Positions 23,528-36,054 of a stretch of 57,673 nt of DNA are shown here, in pieces. Each line of letters opens with the position of its first letter. Position 1 is the stretch's first letter. The DNA is taken from the NCBI RefSeq assembly GCF_001194135.2, contig NC_069003.1, positions 12,293,372-12,351,044 on the forward strand. The letters are read 5' to 3'. The notes under the pieces are model-generated. The model was not told where the DNA came from. It ran no database searches and saw only the letters and a list, made by a program, of their open reading frames with translations. The translations under genes were made by a program, and so were the position numbers. This stretch comes from Octopus bimaculoides. Lineage: Eukaryota.

Positions 23528-25289
23528 CATACACACATACACACATACACACATACACATATACATATATACAAACAAGCAACCCCTATACACTCTCACA
23601 CACACACACACACACACACACATGTGCATGTGTGTGTGTGTAAGAGAGAATAGTGGAAGTGAAATATAGTTCAGCCTGAAAAGGGAAATGGAACAATCCA
23701 CACATGCACATACACACATGCAAACATACACACACACACACACATGCACCCACACACACACGTGTGTATGCGCGTGCACACTCACAGTGACAAAAGTAAC
23801 CCACATCACAAAATGTTTGATGTTATTTATAATAGAGGAGGACCATTAGCAACATCACCACTGCAACTACCACCATCACTGCCACAACCAACATCACCAC
23901 CACCACCTACACCTCCACAACCATTGTCACCACAACCACCACCCCTACCCCCAACCACAACTACCACCTTCACCAATACCACCTATATTTGCCACTACTA
24001 CCACCAACATCACCACCATTACCATCATCACCACCACCACCACCAAACACCCANNNNNNNNNNNNNNNNNNNNNNNNNNNNNNNNNNNNNNNNNNNNNNN
24101 NNNNNNNNNNNNNNNNNNNNNNNNNNNNNNNNNNNNNNNNNNNNNNNNNNNNNNNNNNNNNNNNNNNNNNNNNNNNNNNNNNNNNNNNNNNNNNNNNNNN
24201 NNNNNNNNNNNNNNNNNNNNNNNNNNNNNNNNNNNNNNNNNNNNNNNNNNNNNNNNNNNNNNNNNNNNNNNNNNNNNNNNNNNNNNNNNNNNNNNNNNNN
24301 NNNNNNNNNNNNNNNNNNNNNNNNNNNNNNNNNNNNNNNNNNNNNNNNNNNNNNNNNNNNNNNNNNNNNNNNNNNNNNNNNNNNNNNNNNNNNNNNNNNN
24401 NNNNNNNNNNNNNNNNNNNNNNNNNNNNNNNNNNNNNNNNNNNNNNNNNNNNNNNNNNNNNNNNNNNNNNNNNNNNNNNNNNNNNNNNNNNNNNNNNNNN
24501 NNNNNNNNNNNNNNNNNNNNNNNNNNNNNNNNNNNNNNNNNNNNNNNNNNNNNNNNNNNNNNNNNNNNNNNNNNNNNNNNNNNNNNNNNNNNNNNNNNNN
24601 NNNNNNNNNNNNNNNNNNNNNNNNNNNNNNNNNNNNNNNNNNNNNNNNNNNNNNNNNNNNNNNNNNNNNNNNNNNNNNNNNNNNNNNNNNNNNNNNNNNN
24701 NNNNNNNNNNNNNNNNNNNNNNNNNNNNNNNNNNNNNNNNNNNNNNNNNNNNNNNNNNNNNNNNNNNNNNNNNNNNNNNNNNNNNNNNNNNNNNNNNNNN
24801 NNNNNNNNNNNNNNNNNNNNNNNNNNNNNNNNNNNNNNNNNNNNNNNNNNNNNNNNNNNNNNNNNNNNNNNNNNNNNNNNNNNNNNNNNNNNNNNNNNNN
24901 NNNNNNNNNNNNNNNNNNNNNNNNNNNNNNNNNNNNNNNNNNNNNNNNNNNNNNNNNNNNNNNNNNNNNNNNNNNNNNNNNNNNNNNNNNNNNNNNNNNN
25001 NNNNNNNNNNNNNNNNNNNNNNNNNNNNNNNNNNNNNNNNNNNNNNNNNNNNCTCGTCTCCCTCACCCCCACACAACCACACCACACACCACCATACCAC
25101 ACCACCATACCACACCACCCCGCGCACACTAGCACTGACCACTTCCCAGCATCTACACCATCATCCACACACCTACACATGCACATACGCACACGTCAAT
25201 GTCACCAGCCCCCTTCCGCATGCATGCACACACACATACACGCTCTCACGTGCACCTTCATTTTGGGATCACCACTACTTTATTATCTC

Positions 25290-25530
25290 CCCTTCTTCCT
25301 AGCTCTCCTGTGTGACCCCTCTATCCGGCATTCACCATGATAGATCGCTAACCACTAAACCTTTTTCTATTTTCTCTCCCTGTTTATTTCTGTGTTCCTT
25401 TCTGTCGAAGAGCGTAGGCTCGAAACATAAAAGACTTTCTCATTTCCAAGCGTTAAACTAATACATCTATTTGTTGTTGACACACCCATCTTTGTCTTTT
25501 GTTATTTTTTGGTAAATTCTCACTATATAT
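25290..25530 (+). mobile_element. Penelope-like non-autonomous repeat (hammerhead-bearing), copy 1
   Basis: Homologous to 31895-32060 and 53241-53330; contains a hammerhead-like motif; ends in (TA)n. PLE assignment is inferred from the motif. Confidence 0.55.
25397..25434 (+). ncRNA. Minimal type-I hammerhead ribozyme-like motif (variant core)
   Basis: CCTTT-CTGTCGA-A-GAGC GTAG GCTC-GAAAC-ATA-AAAG: stem I CTTT/AAAG, stem II GAGC/GCTC, GAAA box, NUH triplet. Confidence 0.55.
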
Positions 25531-25605
25531 ATACATATATATATGTGTGTGTATGTGTAGACAGATAGATAGATAGACACACATACACACATGTATACAT
25601 ATATA

Positions 25606-25765
25606 CAGGGTGCGATGGGTAAATTGTTGCCATTTTATATTTTTAATTTCACACATGCACATTATTTGTTTTTGATTTTGTCAACTAAACAGTATAGCAG
25701 GGTCAGTTGGGCGCTGTCTGTGAGAAAAACAGCACCATAATGCAATTCATTCTGCCAGAGTTGGA
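25606..25765 (+). mobile_element. Tc1/mariner left-end fragment
   Basis: TA-CAGGGTG terminus typical of Tc1/mariner TIRs; no matching right end seen. Confidence 0.55.
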
Positions 25766-25937
25766 TGAGTCTAATGGTGATTACGAAGGTACGGCAGCTT
25801 GGAAAACTATTTATAGCATTATCACGCGTTTGAGAAATAAATTTATTTCTGTATCTTACAATACATCTCAACGCTTCTAATAAAGAACAAACTTTGTTTA
25901 CTTTCATCGTAAAGTTGAATATATATATATATATATT

Positions 25938-26186
25938 TCTCTTTCATCTTTCACTTGTTTCAGTCACTGGGCCATGATCATGCTGGGGCACTACCTTAAC
26001 GAGTTTAGTTGAACGAGCTAACCTTAGGACGGTTTTTTTTATTTAAGACTGATACTAATTCGTTTGGTGTCTTTTTCTGAACTGTTACGTTATGGGGACA
26101 TAAACAGACCAACACCACAGTCAAGCAGTGATTGGGGAGAAACAAAGATACACACACACCCACACATGCGCGCACACACACACACA

Positions 26187-26260
<74 letters not shown>

Positions 26261-26380
26261 GGGCTTCTTTGTTCCAGCCAGGGACATAGTAGAAAATACT
26301 TGTCCAAAGTGCTGCATAGTGGGACTGAACCTGGAACCATGTGGCTGGGAAGCAAACTTATTACCATACAGCCATGTCTG
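25938..26380 (-). mobile_element. SINE family B full length with internal (CA)n
   Basis: Both halves of the consensus present. Confidence 0.85.
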
Positions 26381-26394
26381 CGCATATAGATTGC

Positions 26395-26442
<48 letters not shown>

Positions 26443-26837
26443 GGCAGAGAATGTGAGAGAGAGTCAGTGAGTTAGTGAGTGAGTGAGTGAGAAAGAGAGG
26501 GAGAGGAAGAGAGAGAGGGGGGGGAGACGGAGTGAAAATATGGCCATGTGACTAACAGGAAATCAACTGATTCATTGACATTTCATCCCATGAACCAAGC
26601 TCTTTGAAACAATCAATCAAATCTATTTTGCTACTTCTTTAGAATGTTCTCCACTCATGGTAGGATTATAGAAATCACATGACTGATATGAAATGATCTG
26701 ATTGGCAGAGACTTCATCCTACAAACCCAGCAATACAAACTATAAGATTTTTTTTTACATTTTTCAAGAATATTTTTGGGTCTGGTAAATCTTTAACCTT
26801 GTCTGCTATTCAGAAACCAGTTGGATTTATTTTGTTT

Positions 26838-27260
26838 ATTTCTTTCACTTGTTTTACTCATTAGACTGTGGTCATGCTGGAGCACTGCACTGAAAGGTTT
26901 AGTTGAACGAATCGATCCCAGGACTTACTCTTTAAGTCTGGGACTTATTCTATTGGTCTCTTTTGCCAAACCAAAGTTACAAGGATGTAAATAAATCAAT
27001 ATTGGTAATCAGGTTGCAGTGGGGATCAAACACAACAGCATCGGTTGTCAAGCGATGTTGGGGGGACAAACACAGTCACACAAACACATACACACACATA
27101 TATATATATATATACATATATACGACGGGCTTCTTTCAGTTTCCGTCTACCAAATCCGAGGCTATAGTAGAAGACACTTGCTCAAGGTGCTACGCAGTGG
27201 GACTGAACCCAGAACCATGTGGTTGGTAAGCAAGCTACTTACCACACAGCCACTCCTGTG
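26838..27260 (-). mobile_element. SINE family B full length
   Basis: Both halves present, including GACGGGCTTCTTTCAGTTTCCGTCTACC. Confidence 0.88.
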
Positions 27261-27371
27261 CCTGTATATCTATATATATATATCAGCGCCTATATATCTA
27301 TATATATATATCATCATCATCATTTAACATCTGTTGCACACAGACACACACTTACATACATATTTATACCA

Positions 27372-27500
27372 TGGGCTTCTTTCAGTTTTTCTGTCTACCA
27401 AATCTACTTGTATGGCTTTGGTGAACCTGGGGCTATAGTATAAGGCACGTGCCCAAGGGTCTGTGCTGTGGGACTAAATCCAAGATCACATGGTTGGGAA
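27372..27500 (-). mobile_element. SINE family B 5' part
   Basis: GGGCTTCTTTCAGTTTT...GGCTATAGTA...GGGACTAAATCC. Confidence 0.75.
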
Positions 27501-28070
27501 TGATCCAACATTTCTCTGATAAATTTATTCCTTCCTGCCAGCCTTATTTTTGGTATCGTTGTTTGTGATTAATTTTTGGATTTGTTTAGCAAGATTCCAG
27601 GAAACTGAGAGAGAAACAGACAGACGTTTGCAGATGGCAGGACTGGTAGGAAAGATAAAGAATGACTAGAGAGAAAAAAACAGTCTTGTCAGAAATATTC
27701 CAGGATATTAGATGGAGAAGCATAAACTTGTAATAATTTCATGGTTGCCAGGGAAAATAACCATGGATTATTCACATTGCTATTTGAACAAGAAGATAAA
27801 CAGCCAATCAATATATGTATAGAAAGGGAGTAGGGGATAAAAGCTAGAAGCGTCTGGAATGTAGAATTTGAATAAACACCACACAATGTGTCTCTGAACA
27901 ATTGAAGGAAGATTGAAAACCTCAAAGCTCTGGGGTCTTTAAAATGTGAACCCAATCAAAAAGGTGTTTGCTGGTGTATTTAGGTGAACCCAGTTCCAAT
28001 GTAACAAATAAATGGGGTACAGAGTCATGCAGCAGGGGCCAGAGTCATGTGATGCATTGACCTCACTCAA

Positions 28071-28548
28071 TTATTATTATTATTATTATTAATTGATGAA
28101 ATCATTCAGCTTGTTTTGCTGGGTATGATGAAAAGTGTCAGCTGCCCACAGCCAGCATACTAAGGTAACACTTGTTTACTGATTATGCTTCAACAGCCCC
28201 GTGGAGAACCCTCGCAGTTCCAAGCAATGAGGATTTTTGCATTTATACCAATCTTTTTTGAGCCATGCTGGTAGTCGAGGGCAGATACTTCCAAGCATGC
28301 CAATTACTATTGGTGTCACATCCACTTTCTTCATTGCCCACAAGCTGCATATTTCCCACTTCAAGTCATCATAGTTGTTCAGTGTTTTCTTCTTTTTCTT
28401 TCATCCTGTTGTCACCAGGGACATGCTATGTCGATTACCATGCAAGTTTTTTCTTTCGTTCTCCATAACAATGTCATGAATCTGAGGACTGATCTAATGG
28501 TTACACTGAATCACTGCATCCCACAGAAATTTGTAGCCTTCATTCTGG
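28071..28548 (-). mobile_element. 3' end of an RLE-type (R4/Dong-like) non-LTR retrotransposon
   Basis: Minus frames, with frameshifts: NEGYKFLWDAVIQCNH, DIV, VIDIACP, EKEK..NYDDLKWEICSLWAMKKVDVTPIVIGMLG, SSLLGTARVL. These match the C-terminal PD-(D/E)xK restriction-like endonuclease. 3' end abuts (TAA)n. Confidence 0.85.
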
Positions 28549-28881
28549 GTAGCCTGAGCATATGCCTGTAAATGCTACCCTGAGGATATGCCTGCAAATC
28601 AGAGACAAGGAACTGAGAAAAAGCACCTGCCCCAGAAATCGGGGCACCCATGGTTTTGTGGGGTTTTTCCATAAGCAGCCCTTGAATCTCACCTCCCTAT
28701 TCAAGATTACACTTTGCTAAAATGTTAGACCTTTTCGCATGCAAAACCCTCACAACAACAAAAGCACACACGCATTCAATGTTTTGTCCTGTACTGTCCA
28801 TAATGTTTTCCTTGATGTAAACCCTTTGTGGTCAATAAAGAAATCATCCTCTTCATCATCATCATCATCATCATCATCATT

Positions 28882-29101
28882 AAGGTGGTGAGCAGGTAGA
28901 ACCGTTAGCACACAGGGAAAAATGCTTAGCAGCATTTTTGTCCGTCTCCACATTCTGATACATCTACTCATTCTGAGTTCCAATTCCATCAAAGTCAACT
29001 GTCTTTCATCCATTTTGTGGTCAATAAATTAAGGGTCAATTGAGCACTAGGGTCAATCTAATCAACTTACTCTTTTCTCCTGAAAAATACTGGCCTTGTG
29101 C

Positions 29102-29149
<48 letters not shown>

Positions 29150-29168
29150 CAAAATACTGGCCTTGTGC

Positions 29169-29200
<32 letters not shown>
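28882..29200 (+). mobile_element. SINE family A with duplicated tail
   Basis: AAGGTGGTGAGC head; AAAATACTGGCCTTGTGCC-(ATT)n present twice. Confidence 0.85.
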
Positions 29201-29772
<572 letters not shown>

Positions 29773-29773
29773 C

Positions 29774-30010
29774 AGGCAGCAAGCTGGCAGAATCATTAGC
29801 ACACCGGAAAGAAAAGCTTAGTGGTATTTTGCCCATCACTACGTTCTGAGTTCAAATTCTGCTAAGGTCAACTTTGCCTTTCATCCTTTCGGAGTCAATA
29901 AAATAAATACCAGTTGTGTACTAGGGTTGATGTAATCGACTATCCCCCTCCCCAAAATTTCAGGCCTTGTGCCTATTGTAGAACATATTATTATTTTTAT
30001 TATTATTATC
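29774..30010 (+). mobile_element. SINE family A
   Basis: GCAAGCTGGCAGAATCATTAGC head, GAGTTCAAATTC, CAGGCCTTGTGCCT end, (ATT)n tail. Confidence 0.88.
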
Positions 30011-30030
30011 AAGTCTTCTATAATAATAGC

Positions 30031-30212
30031 AAAGAAGACCCCTTCTGGTTATGAATGACCATGGGATTGCACCTAGAAAGTTCCCCTCCAAGGCACAAGT
30101 CTGGGCAAGGTTGTTTATGGAAGACCAACAGTTGCCCATGCATACCAGCATCCCCTCTCCATGCTACGGATGTTATCTAAGGGAAAGGTAAAAGCTGATA
30201 CAGCTTTGCACC
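30031..30212 (-). mobile_element. SINE family D 3' half
   Basis: Reverse complement of 40450-40645 (GGTGCCAAGCTGTATC...TTTCTAGGTGCAATC). Confidence 0.8.
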
Positions 30213-30219
30213 TCAGCAT

Positions 30220-30726
30220 CATCATCATCATCATCATCCTCATCACCACTACAACTGACACCATCACCACTATCGTCACCCCCACCACCACCACCGGTAC
30301 AATTACTATTCTCACCATCATCATCACTACCATTACCATCCCCACCACAAACAGCATCCCCCCATCACCACCATCACCACCACCACCACCACCAGCAAGA
30401 ACATCATCATCATCACTACGACACCACCAACACCACAACCATCAGTACAACCGCTACCTTCACCACCACCACCTTCACCACTACTACCACCACTGCCACT
30501 ACCACCACCACCATCATCACCATCAATACTATTGTCACCACCACAACTACTACCATTACCATCAACAACAACACTACAACCATCACCCCACCACCACCAT
30601 CACCACCACCACTACCTCCACCAACACCAGCAACACTACAACCATCAGTACAACCGCTACCTTCACCACCACCACCTTCACCACTACTACCACCACTGCC
30701 ACCACCACCACCACCACCACCACCAC
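30220..30726. repeat. (CAC/CAT/TAC)n cryptic microsatellite
   Basis: Direct reading; an ~80-bp internal unit is duplicated (about 30430 and 30635). Confidence 0.9.
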
Positions 30727-31601
30727 NNNNNNNNNNNNNNNNNNNNNNNNNNNNNNNNNNNNNNNNNNNNNNNNNNNNNNNNNNNNNNNNNNNNNNNNNN
30801 NNNNNNNNNNNNNNNNNNNNNNNNNNNNNNNNNNNNNNNNNNNNNNNNNNNNNNNNNNNNNNNNNNNNNNNNNNNNNNNNNNNNNNNNNNNNNNNNNNNN
30901 NNNNNNNNNNNNNNNNNNNNNNNNNNNNNNNNNNNNNNNNNNNNNNNNNNNNNNNNNNNNNNNNNNNNNNNNNNNNNNNNNNNNNNNNNNNNNNNNNNNN
31001 NNNNNNNNNNNNNNNNNNNNNNNNNNNNNNNNNNNNNNNNNNNNNNNNNNNNNNNNNNNNNNNNNNNNNNNNNNNNNNNNNNNNNNNNNNNNNNNNNNNN
31101 NNNNNNNNNNNNNNNNNNNNNNNNNNNNNNNNNNNNNNNNNNNNNNNNNNNNNNNNNNNNNNNNNNNNNNNNNNNNNNNNNNNNNNNNNNNNNNNNNNNN
31201 NNNNNNNNNNNNNNNNNNNNNNNNNNNNNNNNNNNNNNNNNNNNNNNNNNNNNNNNNNNNNNNNNNNNNNNNNNNNNNNNNNNNNNNNNNNNNNNNNNNN
31301 NNNNNNNNNNNNNNNNNNNNNNNNNNNNNNNNNNNNNNNNNNNNNNNNNNNNNNNNNNNNNNNNNNNNNNNNNNNNNNNNNNNNNNNNNNNNNNNNNNNN
31401 NNNNNNNNNNNNNNNNNNNNNNNNNNNNNNNNNNNNNNNNNNNNNNNNNNNNNNNNNNNNNNNNNNNNNNNNNNNNNNNNNNNNNNNNNNNNNNNNNNNN
31501 NNNNNNNNNNNNNNNNNNNNNNNNNNNNNNNNNNNNNNNNNNNNNNNNNNNNNNNNNNNNNNNNNNNNNNNNNNNNNNNNNNNNNNNNNNNNNNNNNNNN
31601 N

Positions 31602-31646
<45 letters not shown>

Positions 31647-31894
31647 TATATATATATAAATATATATATAAATATATATATATATATAAAATGCACAAAG
31701 CTCTCAGCCTTTGAGTCACTCTGTTGCTTCCACTAAATATTAATAAAAATATTCATATTCTAATATTTTGAGTTCTATTTTCCTGTTTGCACTAACATAC
31801 ATACATACATACATACATACATACATACATACATACATACATACATGCATGCATATATATGCTGGATTGCTGAAATCTACAAGTTTTTTTCGTT

Positions 31895-32060
31895 GTTTTC
31901 ATTCTCTCTGTTTATTTTCTTTTATTCCTTTCTGTTGAAGAGCATAGGCTCGAAACATAAAAAACCTATTCATTTTTCCCAAGCATCAAACTAATAAATA
32001 CACTTGCTTGTTGTTCACACACCTGTCTTTGTCTTTTGTTTTTCTATAAATTTCAACTAT
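31895..32060 (+). mobile_element. Penelope-like hammerhead-bearing repeat, copy 2
   Basis: Aligns with 25365-25530. Confidence 0.55.
31927..31963 (+). ncRNA. Minimal type-I hammerhead ribozyme-like motif (variant core), copy 2
   Basis: CCTTT-CTGTTGA-A-GAGC ATAG GCTC-GAAAC-ATA-AAAA; stem II identical to copy 1, loop differs. Confidence 0.5.
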
Positions 32061-32744
32061 ATATGTGTGTGTGTTTATGCGTATGTGTGTGTGTATCTAT
32101 ATATATATACATATACACACACACACACATATATATCTATATATATACATNNNNNNNNNNNNNNNNNNNNNNNNNNNNNNNNNNNNNNNNNNNNNNNNNN
32201 NNNNNNNNNNNNNNNNNNNNNNNNNNNNNNNNNNNNNNNNNNNNNNNNNNNNNNNNNNNNNNNNNNNNNNNNNNNNNNNNNNNNNNNNNNNNNNNNNNNN
32301 NNNNNNNNNNNNNNNNNNNNNNNNNNNNNNNNNNNNNNNNNNNNNNNNNNNNNNNNNNNNNNNNNNNNNNNNNNNNNNNNNNNNNNNNNNNNNNNNNNNN
32401 NNNNNNNNNNNNNNNNNNNNNNNNNNNNNNNNNNNNNNNNNNNNNNNNNNNNNNNNNNNNNNNNNNNNNNNNNNNNNNNNNNNNNNNNNNNNNNNNNNNN
32501 NNNNNNNNNNNNNNNNNNNNNNNNNNNNNNNNNNNNNNNNNNNNNNNNNNNNNNNNNNNNNNNNNNNNNNNNNNNNNNNNNNNNNNNNNNNNNNNNNNNN
32601 NNNNNNNNNNNNNNNNNNNNNNNNNNNNNNNNNNNNNNNNNNNNNNNNNNNNNNNNNNNNNNNNNNNNNNNNNNNNNNNNNNNNNNNNNNNNNNNNNNNN
32701 NNNNNNNNNNNNNNNNNNNNNNNNNNNNNNNNNNNNNNNNNNNN

Positions 32745-32785
<41 letters not shown>

Positions 32786-32789
<4 letters not shown>

Positions 32790-33170
32790 ACAGCTGCATG
32801 AAGAAGTGCCTATCTCTAACTGTGGAGGGAATCTATGGAAGAGGCAGACCCAGGAAGACATGGGATGAGGTGGTGAAGCATGATCTTCAGATACTGAGTC
32901 TCACAGAGGGGATAATAAGTGACTGAGACTCCTGGTGATTTGCTGTGCTTGGGAAGATCCGTCAAGCTAAGTGAAGTTATATTCATTGGCAACGCTGATG
33001 ACACATAAAAGGTACTAGGTACACTCTGTGCAGTGGTTGGTGTTAGGGAGGGCATCCAACCACAGAAACTAAGCCAAATCAGCCAAATCTCTGGCTTACC
33101 AGTCCCAGTCCAACCGTCCAACCCATGCCAGCATGGAAAATGGATGCTAAGTGATGACAATGATGAGGAT
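32786..33170 (+). mobile_element. RTE-clade LINE 3' end (ORF C-terminus + 3' UTR; family C)
   Basis: CMKKCLSLTVEGIYGRGRPRKTWDEVVKHDL matches the RTE C-terminal G.R.RGRP.K.W motif; (GAT)n-like tail. Confidence 0.85.
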
Positions 33171-33200
33171 GAAATATATATATATGATAAATGTAAACTA

Positions 33201-33428
33201 GTGAATGCGCATGGCTCAGTGGTTAGAGCATTGAGCTTACAATCGTGAGGTTGCGAGTTTGAATCCTGGACCGGGCTGCGTGTTGTGTTCTTGAGCAAGA
33301 CATTTTATCTCACGTTGCTCCAGTTCACTCAGCTGTAGGAATGAGTTACGAAGTCACTGGTGCCAAGCTGTATCGGCCTCTTTTCCTTTCCCTTGGATAA
33401 CATCAGTGGCATGGAGAGGGGAGACAGG
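33201..33428 (+). mobile_element. SINE family D 5' part
   Basis: TGGCTCAGTGG A-box, GAGTTTGAATCC B-box, TTGAGCAAGACA box. Confidence 0.88.
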
Positions 33429-33604
33429 TATTTCAACCGAAATATGGTAACAAAATGGTTAAATATTGTATGAGACTATCAGTCTCTTTTCTGTATCTCC
33501 CTTAAGACTGCCTTTTGGTTATTTGATTCAAATTTCCTGTTTTAAAGTGATCTACTTTTTGCATCAAAATTTCATGTTAATTTGTGTTCCAAACACCAAC
33601 TTAA

Positions 33605-34372
33605 TCATCATCATCATCATTGTTGTCATCGTCATCATTTAGCGTCCATTTTCCATGCTGACATAGGTTAAATCAGGGGTCCTCAACTGGTTTTTATCTA
33701 CGGACCCCTAGATTGCTATTTTATTCTAGTGGACCCTCATAGCTATTCAATGTTTAAAAACCAGTTTCATAGATACTTCTTTCAAAATTCCTATTTTGTT
33801 TTTCACACATTAACTTGTGAAATGTTAGGGAAAGAAACCCGGCTGTTTCTTGCAATATATACCAATACATACATCTAAGCCAGGGTTTTTTCAGGGGCCC
33901 TTAAAATACTATTGTGGATCCCCAATTTACTATTTTGTTGCTTGGACCCCCAAAAATCTTATATGGACCCACAGGGACCATATGGACCACTGAGTTAGAT
34001 GATCTGTCTAAGACTGGTAAGCCAGAGAGCTGCACCAGGTTCCAGTTGTCTGTTGTGGCTTGGTTTCTATGGCCGGATGCCCTTCCTAATGCCAACCACT
34101 CCACAGAGTGTACTGGGAGTTTTTTAAGCATCACCAGCACAGTTGCCTTTTACATGTCCCCAGCACTGGCAATAATCACGCTTCACTTAGCTTCTCCTGT
34201 CTTCTCAAGCACAGCAAATCACCAGAAGTCTTTGTTGCTTGTCATTGTCTCCATGAGGTTCAACAACTAAAGATCATATTTCACCACTTTGTCCTATGTC
34301 TTTCTGGGTCCACCCCTTCTATAGGTTCCCTCCATAATTAGAGGTTGGCACTTCTTTTCGAAGCTGTCCTCA
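33605..34372 (-). mobile_element. RTE 3' end (family C) interrupted by a hAT MITE
   Basis: Reverse complement of the RTE C-terminus at ~34230-34370; tail at 33605-33670. Confidence 0.8.
33674..33992 (+). mobile_element. hAT-type MITE nested in the RTE 3' UTR
   Basis: CAGGGGTCCTCAAC left end, GGACCACTG right end, repeated GGACCC subterminal motifs; degenerate 8-bp TSD GGTTAAAT / AGTTAGAT. Confidence 0.7.
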
Positions 34373-34585
34373 CCCTTTCAGTGTGCCCACATTGAGTGTG
34401 CCAGCTGTAAGGAGGAGAAAGGGGTGGAAAGCAGGGAAGTGGGGGACAGCATTCTGCATCTTAAAAGAAGGTTTACCAGATATATAAACTCATAAGCTTT
34501 GCATAAGTTTCATTCTGCATTTGATTTAACATCATTTATTCATTTCGCAGTTGCTGAATCTGACAAAGTTATAAAAAAAATTCAG

Positions 34586-34948
34586 GAATGGCTATGTGGC
34601 AAGAAGCTTACTTCCCAACCACATGGTTCTAGGTTCAGTCCCACTGCGTGGCACCTTGGGCAAGTGTCTTCTACTATAACCTCGGGCCAACCAAAGCCTT
34701 GTGAGTGGATTTGGCAGATGGAAACTGAAAGAAGCCTGTTGTGTATGTGTGTGTGCATGTGTCTGTGTTTGTGTTTGTCCATCCATCACTGCTTGACAAA
34801 TGGTGTGTTTATGTCCCTATAACCTAGTAGTTCGGCAAAAGAGATTGATAGAATAAATACTCGGTTTAAGAAATAAGTCCTGAGGTCTACTTGCTCAACT
34901 AAAAAGCCCAAATGACTGAAACAAGTAAACGAATAAAAGAATTATATT
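34586..34948 (+). mobile_element. SINE family B full length
   Basis: TGGCTATGTGG A-box-like, GGTTCAGTCC B-box-like, ACCTTGGGCAAGTGTCTT CORE-like box, GACTGAAACAAGTAAA end. Confidence 0.9.
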
Positions 34949-35234
34949 CGAACTTAATTGAAACAAAGACTGTATTTCAACAGAAATATTGAAACAAATG
35001 GGTTGAAACAAACCACTGTTAATACACCAGGAATTTATATAATGATAATAATAATAATAATGAATTTATTATTGTTTTCTTACTATAAAGCTCAGGTATA
35101 CTACAACTCATTGGAAAAAGGAACCAAAACTGCATGAATAGTACATAGAATATGTACAGGAAGTGACCAGCGAATGGTTCTTCAAAAAAAAAAAAGAAAA
35201 AAAGGAAAAAGAAAAAGAAGCAAAAAAAAGAGAA

Positions 35235-35470
35235 ATGTGAGTGGGGAGCATCGGGTTTACTGTTGGTGAATATCAGGAAGCATGGAAGTTTCGAAGGATG
35301 TAGTGTCTCGGCAGCTAACGACTGATGCAGGTAGTTTTCGTTCTATGCTTCAGCAATTCTGAATATAAGAAAATGTTTCCGAAAGTGATGGCTAATGAGT
35401 TTTTATTTTCGATTTTGTAAACATGTCCATGATTGTAACACATGTGGAATTCAAAAAGCTGCTCAAGGTT
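35235..35470 (-). mobile_element. CR1/L2-type LINE 3' fragment
   Basis: Minus frames: GHVYKI, HFRKHF, A*N.KLPASVVSC, resembling the CR1 RT C-terminal RGH.YK / WN.LP..VV motifs. Confidence 0.7.
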
Positions 35471-36054
35471 AAACATTTAATTAACTAGCTTTAATTAATT
35501 ATTGGTATCAGACTGGTATTTACGTAGCCGTCCAGGAATCAGACATCTGATAATGATAAGAGATCAATTTGATTGATATAGAGAGTGTAAAAGTAAATAT
35601 TATATAAACTACCTTTAATTAACCATTGGTACCACCAGTCTGGTATTACGTAGACACCAGGGAAAAGACACCTGACCATGATGGAAGATCAAACAGATCA
35701 AGGTGCGATGTAGGTATAAATATTTAAAGCAATCTTTGATCTCTAAAAGATGAAGTTAACAATGTGAAAAATTCAAATCCTATTAACTACAGCTTATAAC
35801 AGACGTAGAGATATTTAAATACCTGTTTGATTTATTAAATGTTAATTAACAGGTAAGAAGAGGTGGGAGGCATTAATTACTAACCATTTCATTATGAACA
35901 GTTCTACAGTCAACAATTAACGTTAGTCTGCTGGTAGTATTTAAGAGTGAACATTCATGTAATGAACAGCTGCACTGTAAACAGACCTGGTGTTAATTTT
36001 TAAATGGAGAACAAGTGTTGAAGTTCTATAAGGAGAACATTAACAAATGGTGAA

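Noticed and set aside
33201-33275. tRNA-like sequences (also 15290, 40306, 40764, 45335)
   Set aside because: A/B boxes present but no complete cloverleaf, and each continues into SINE body sequence; these are SINE heads, not tRNA genes.
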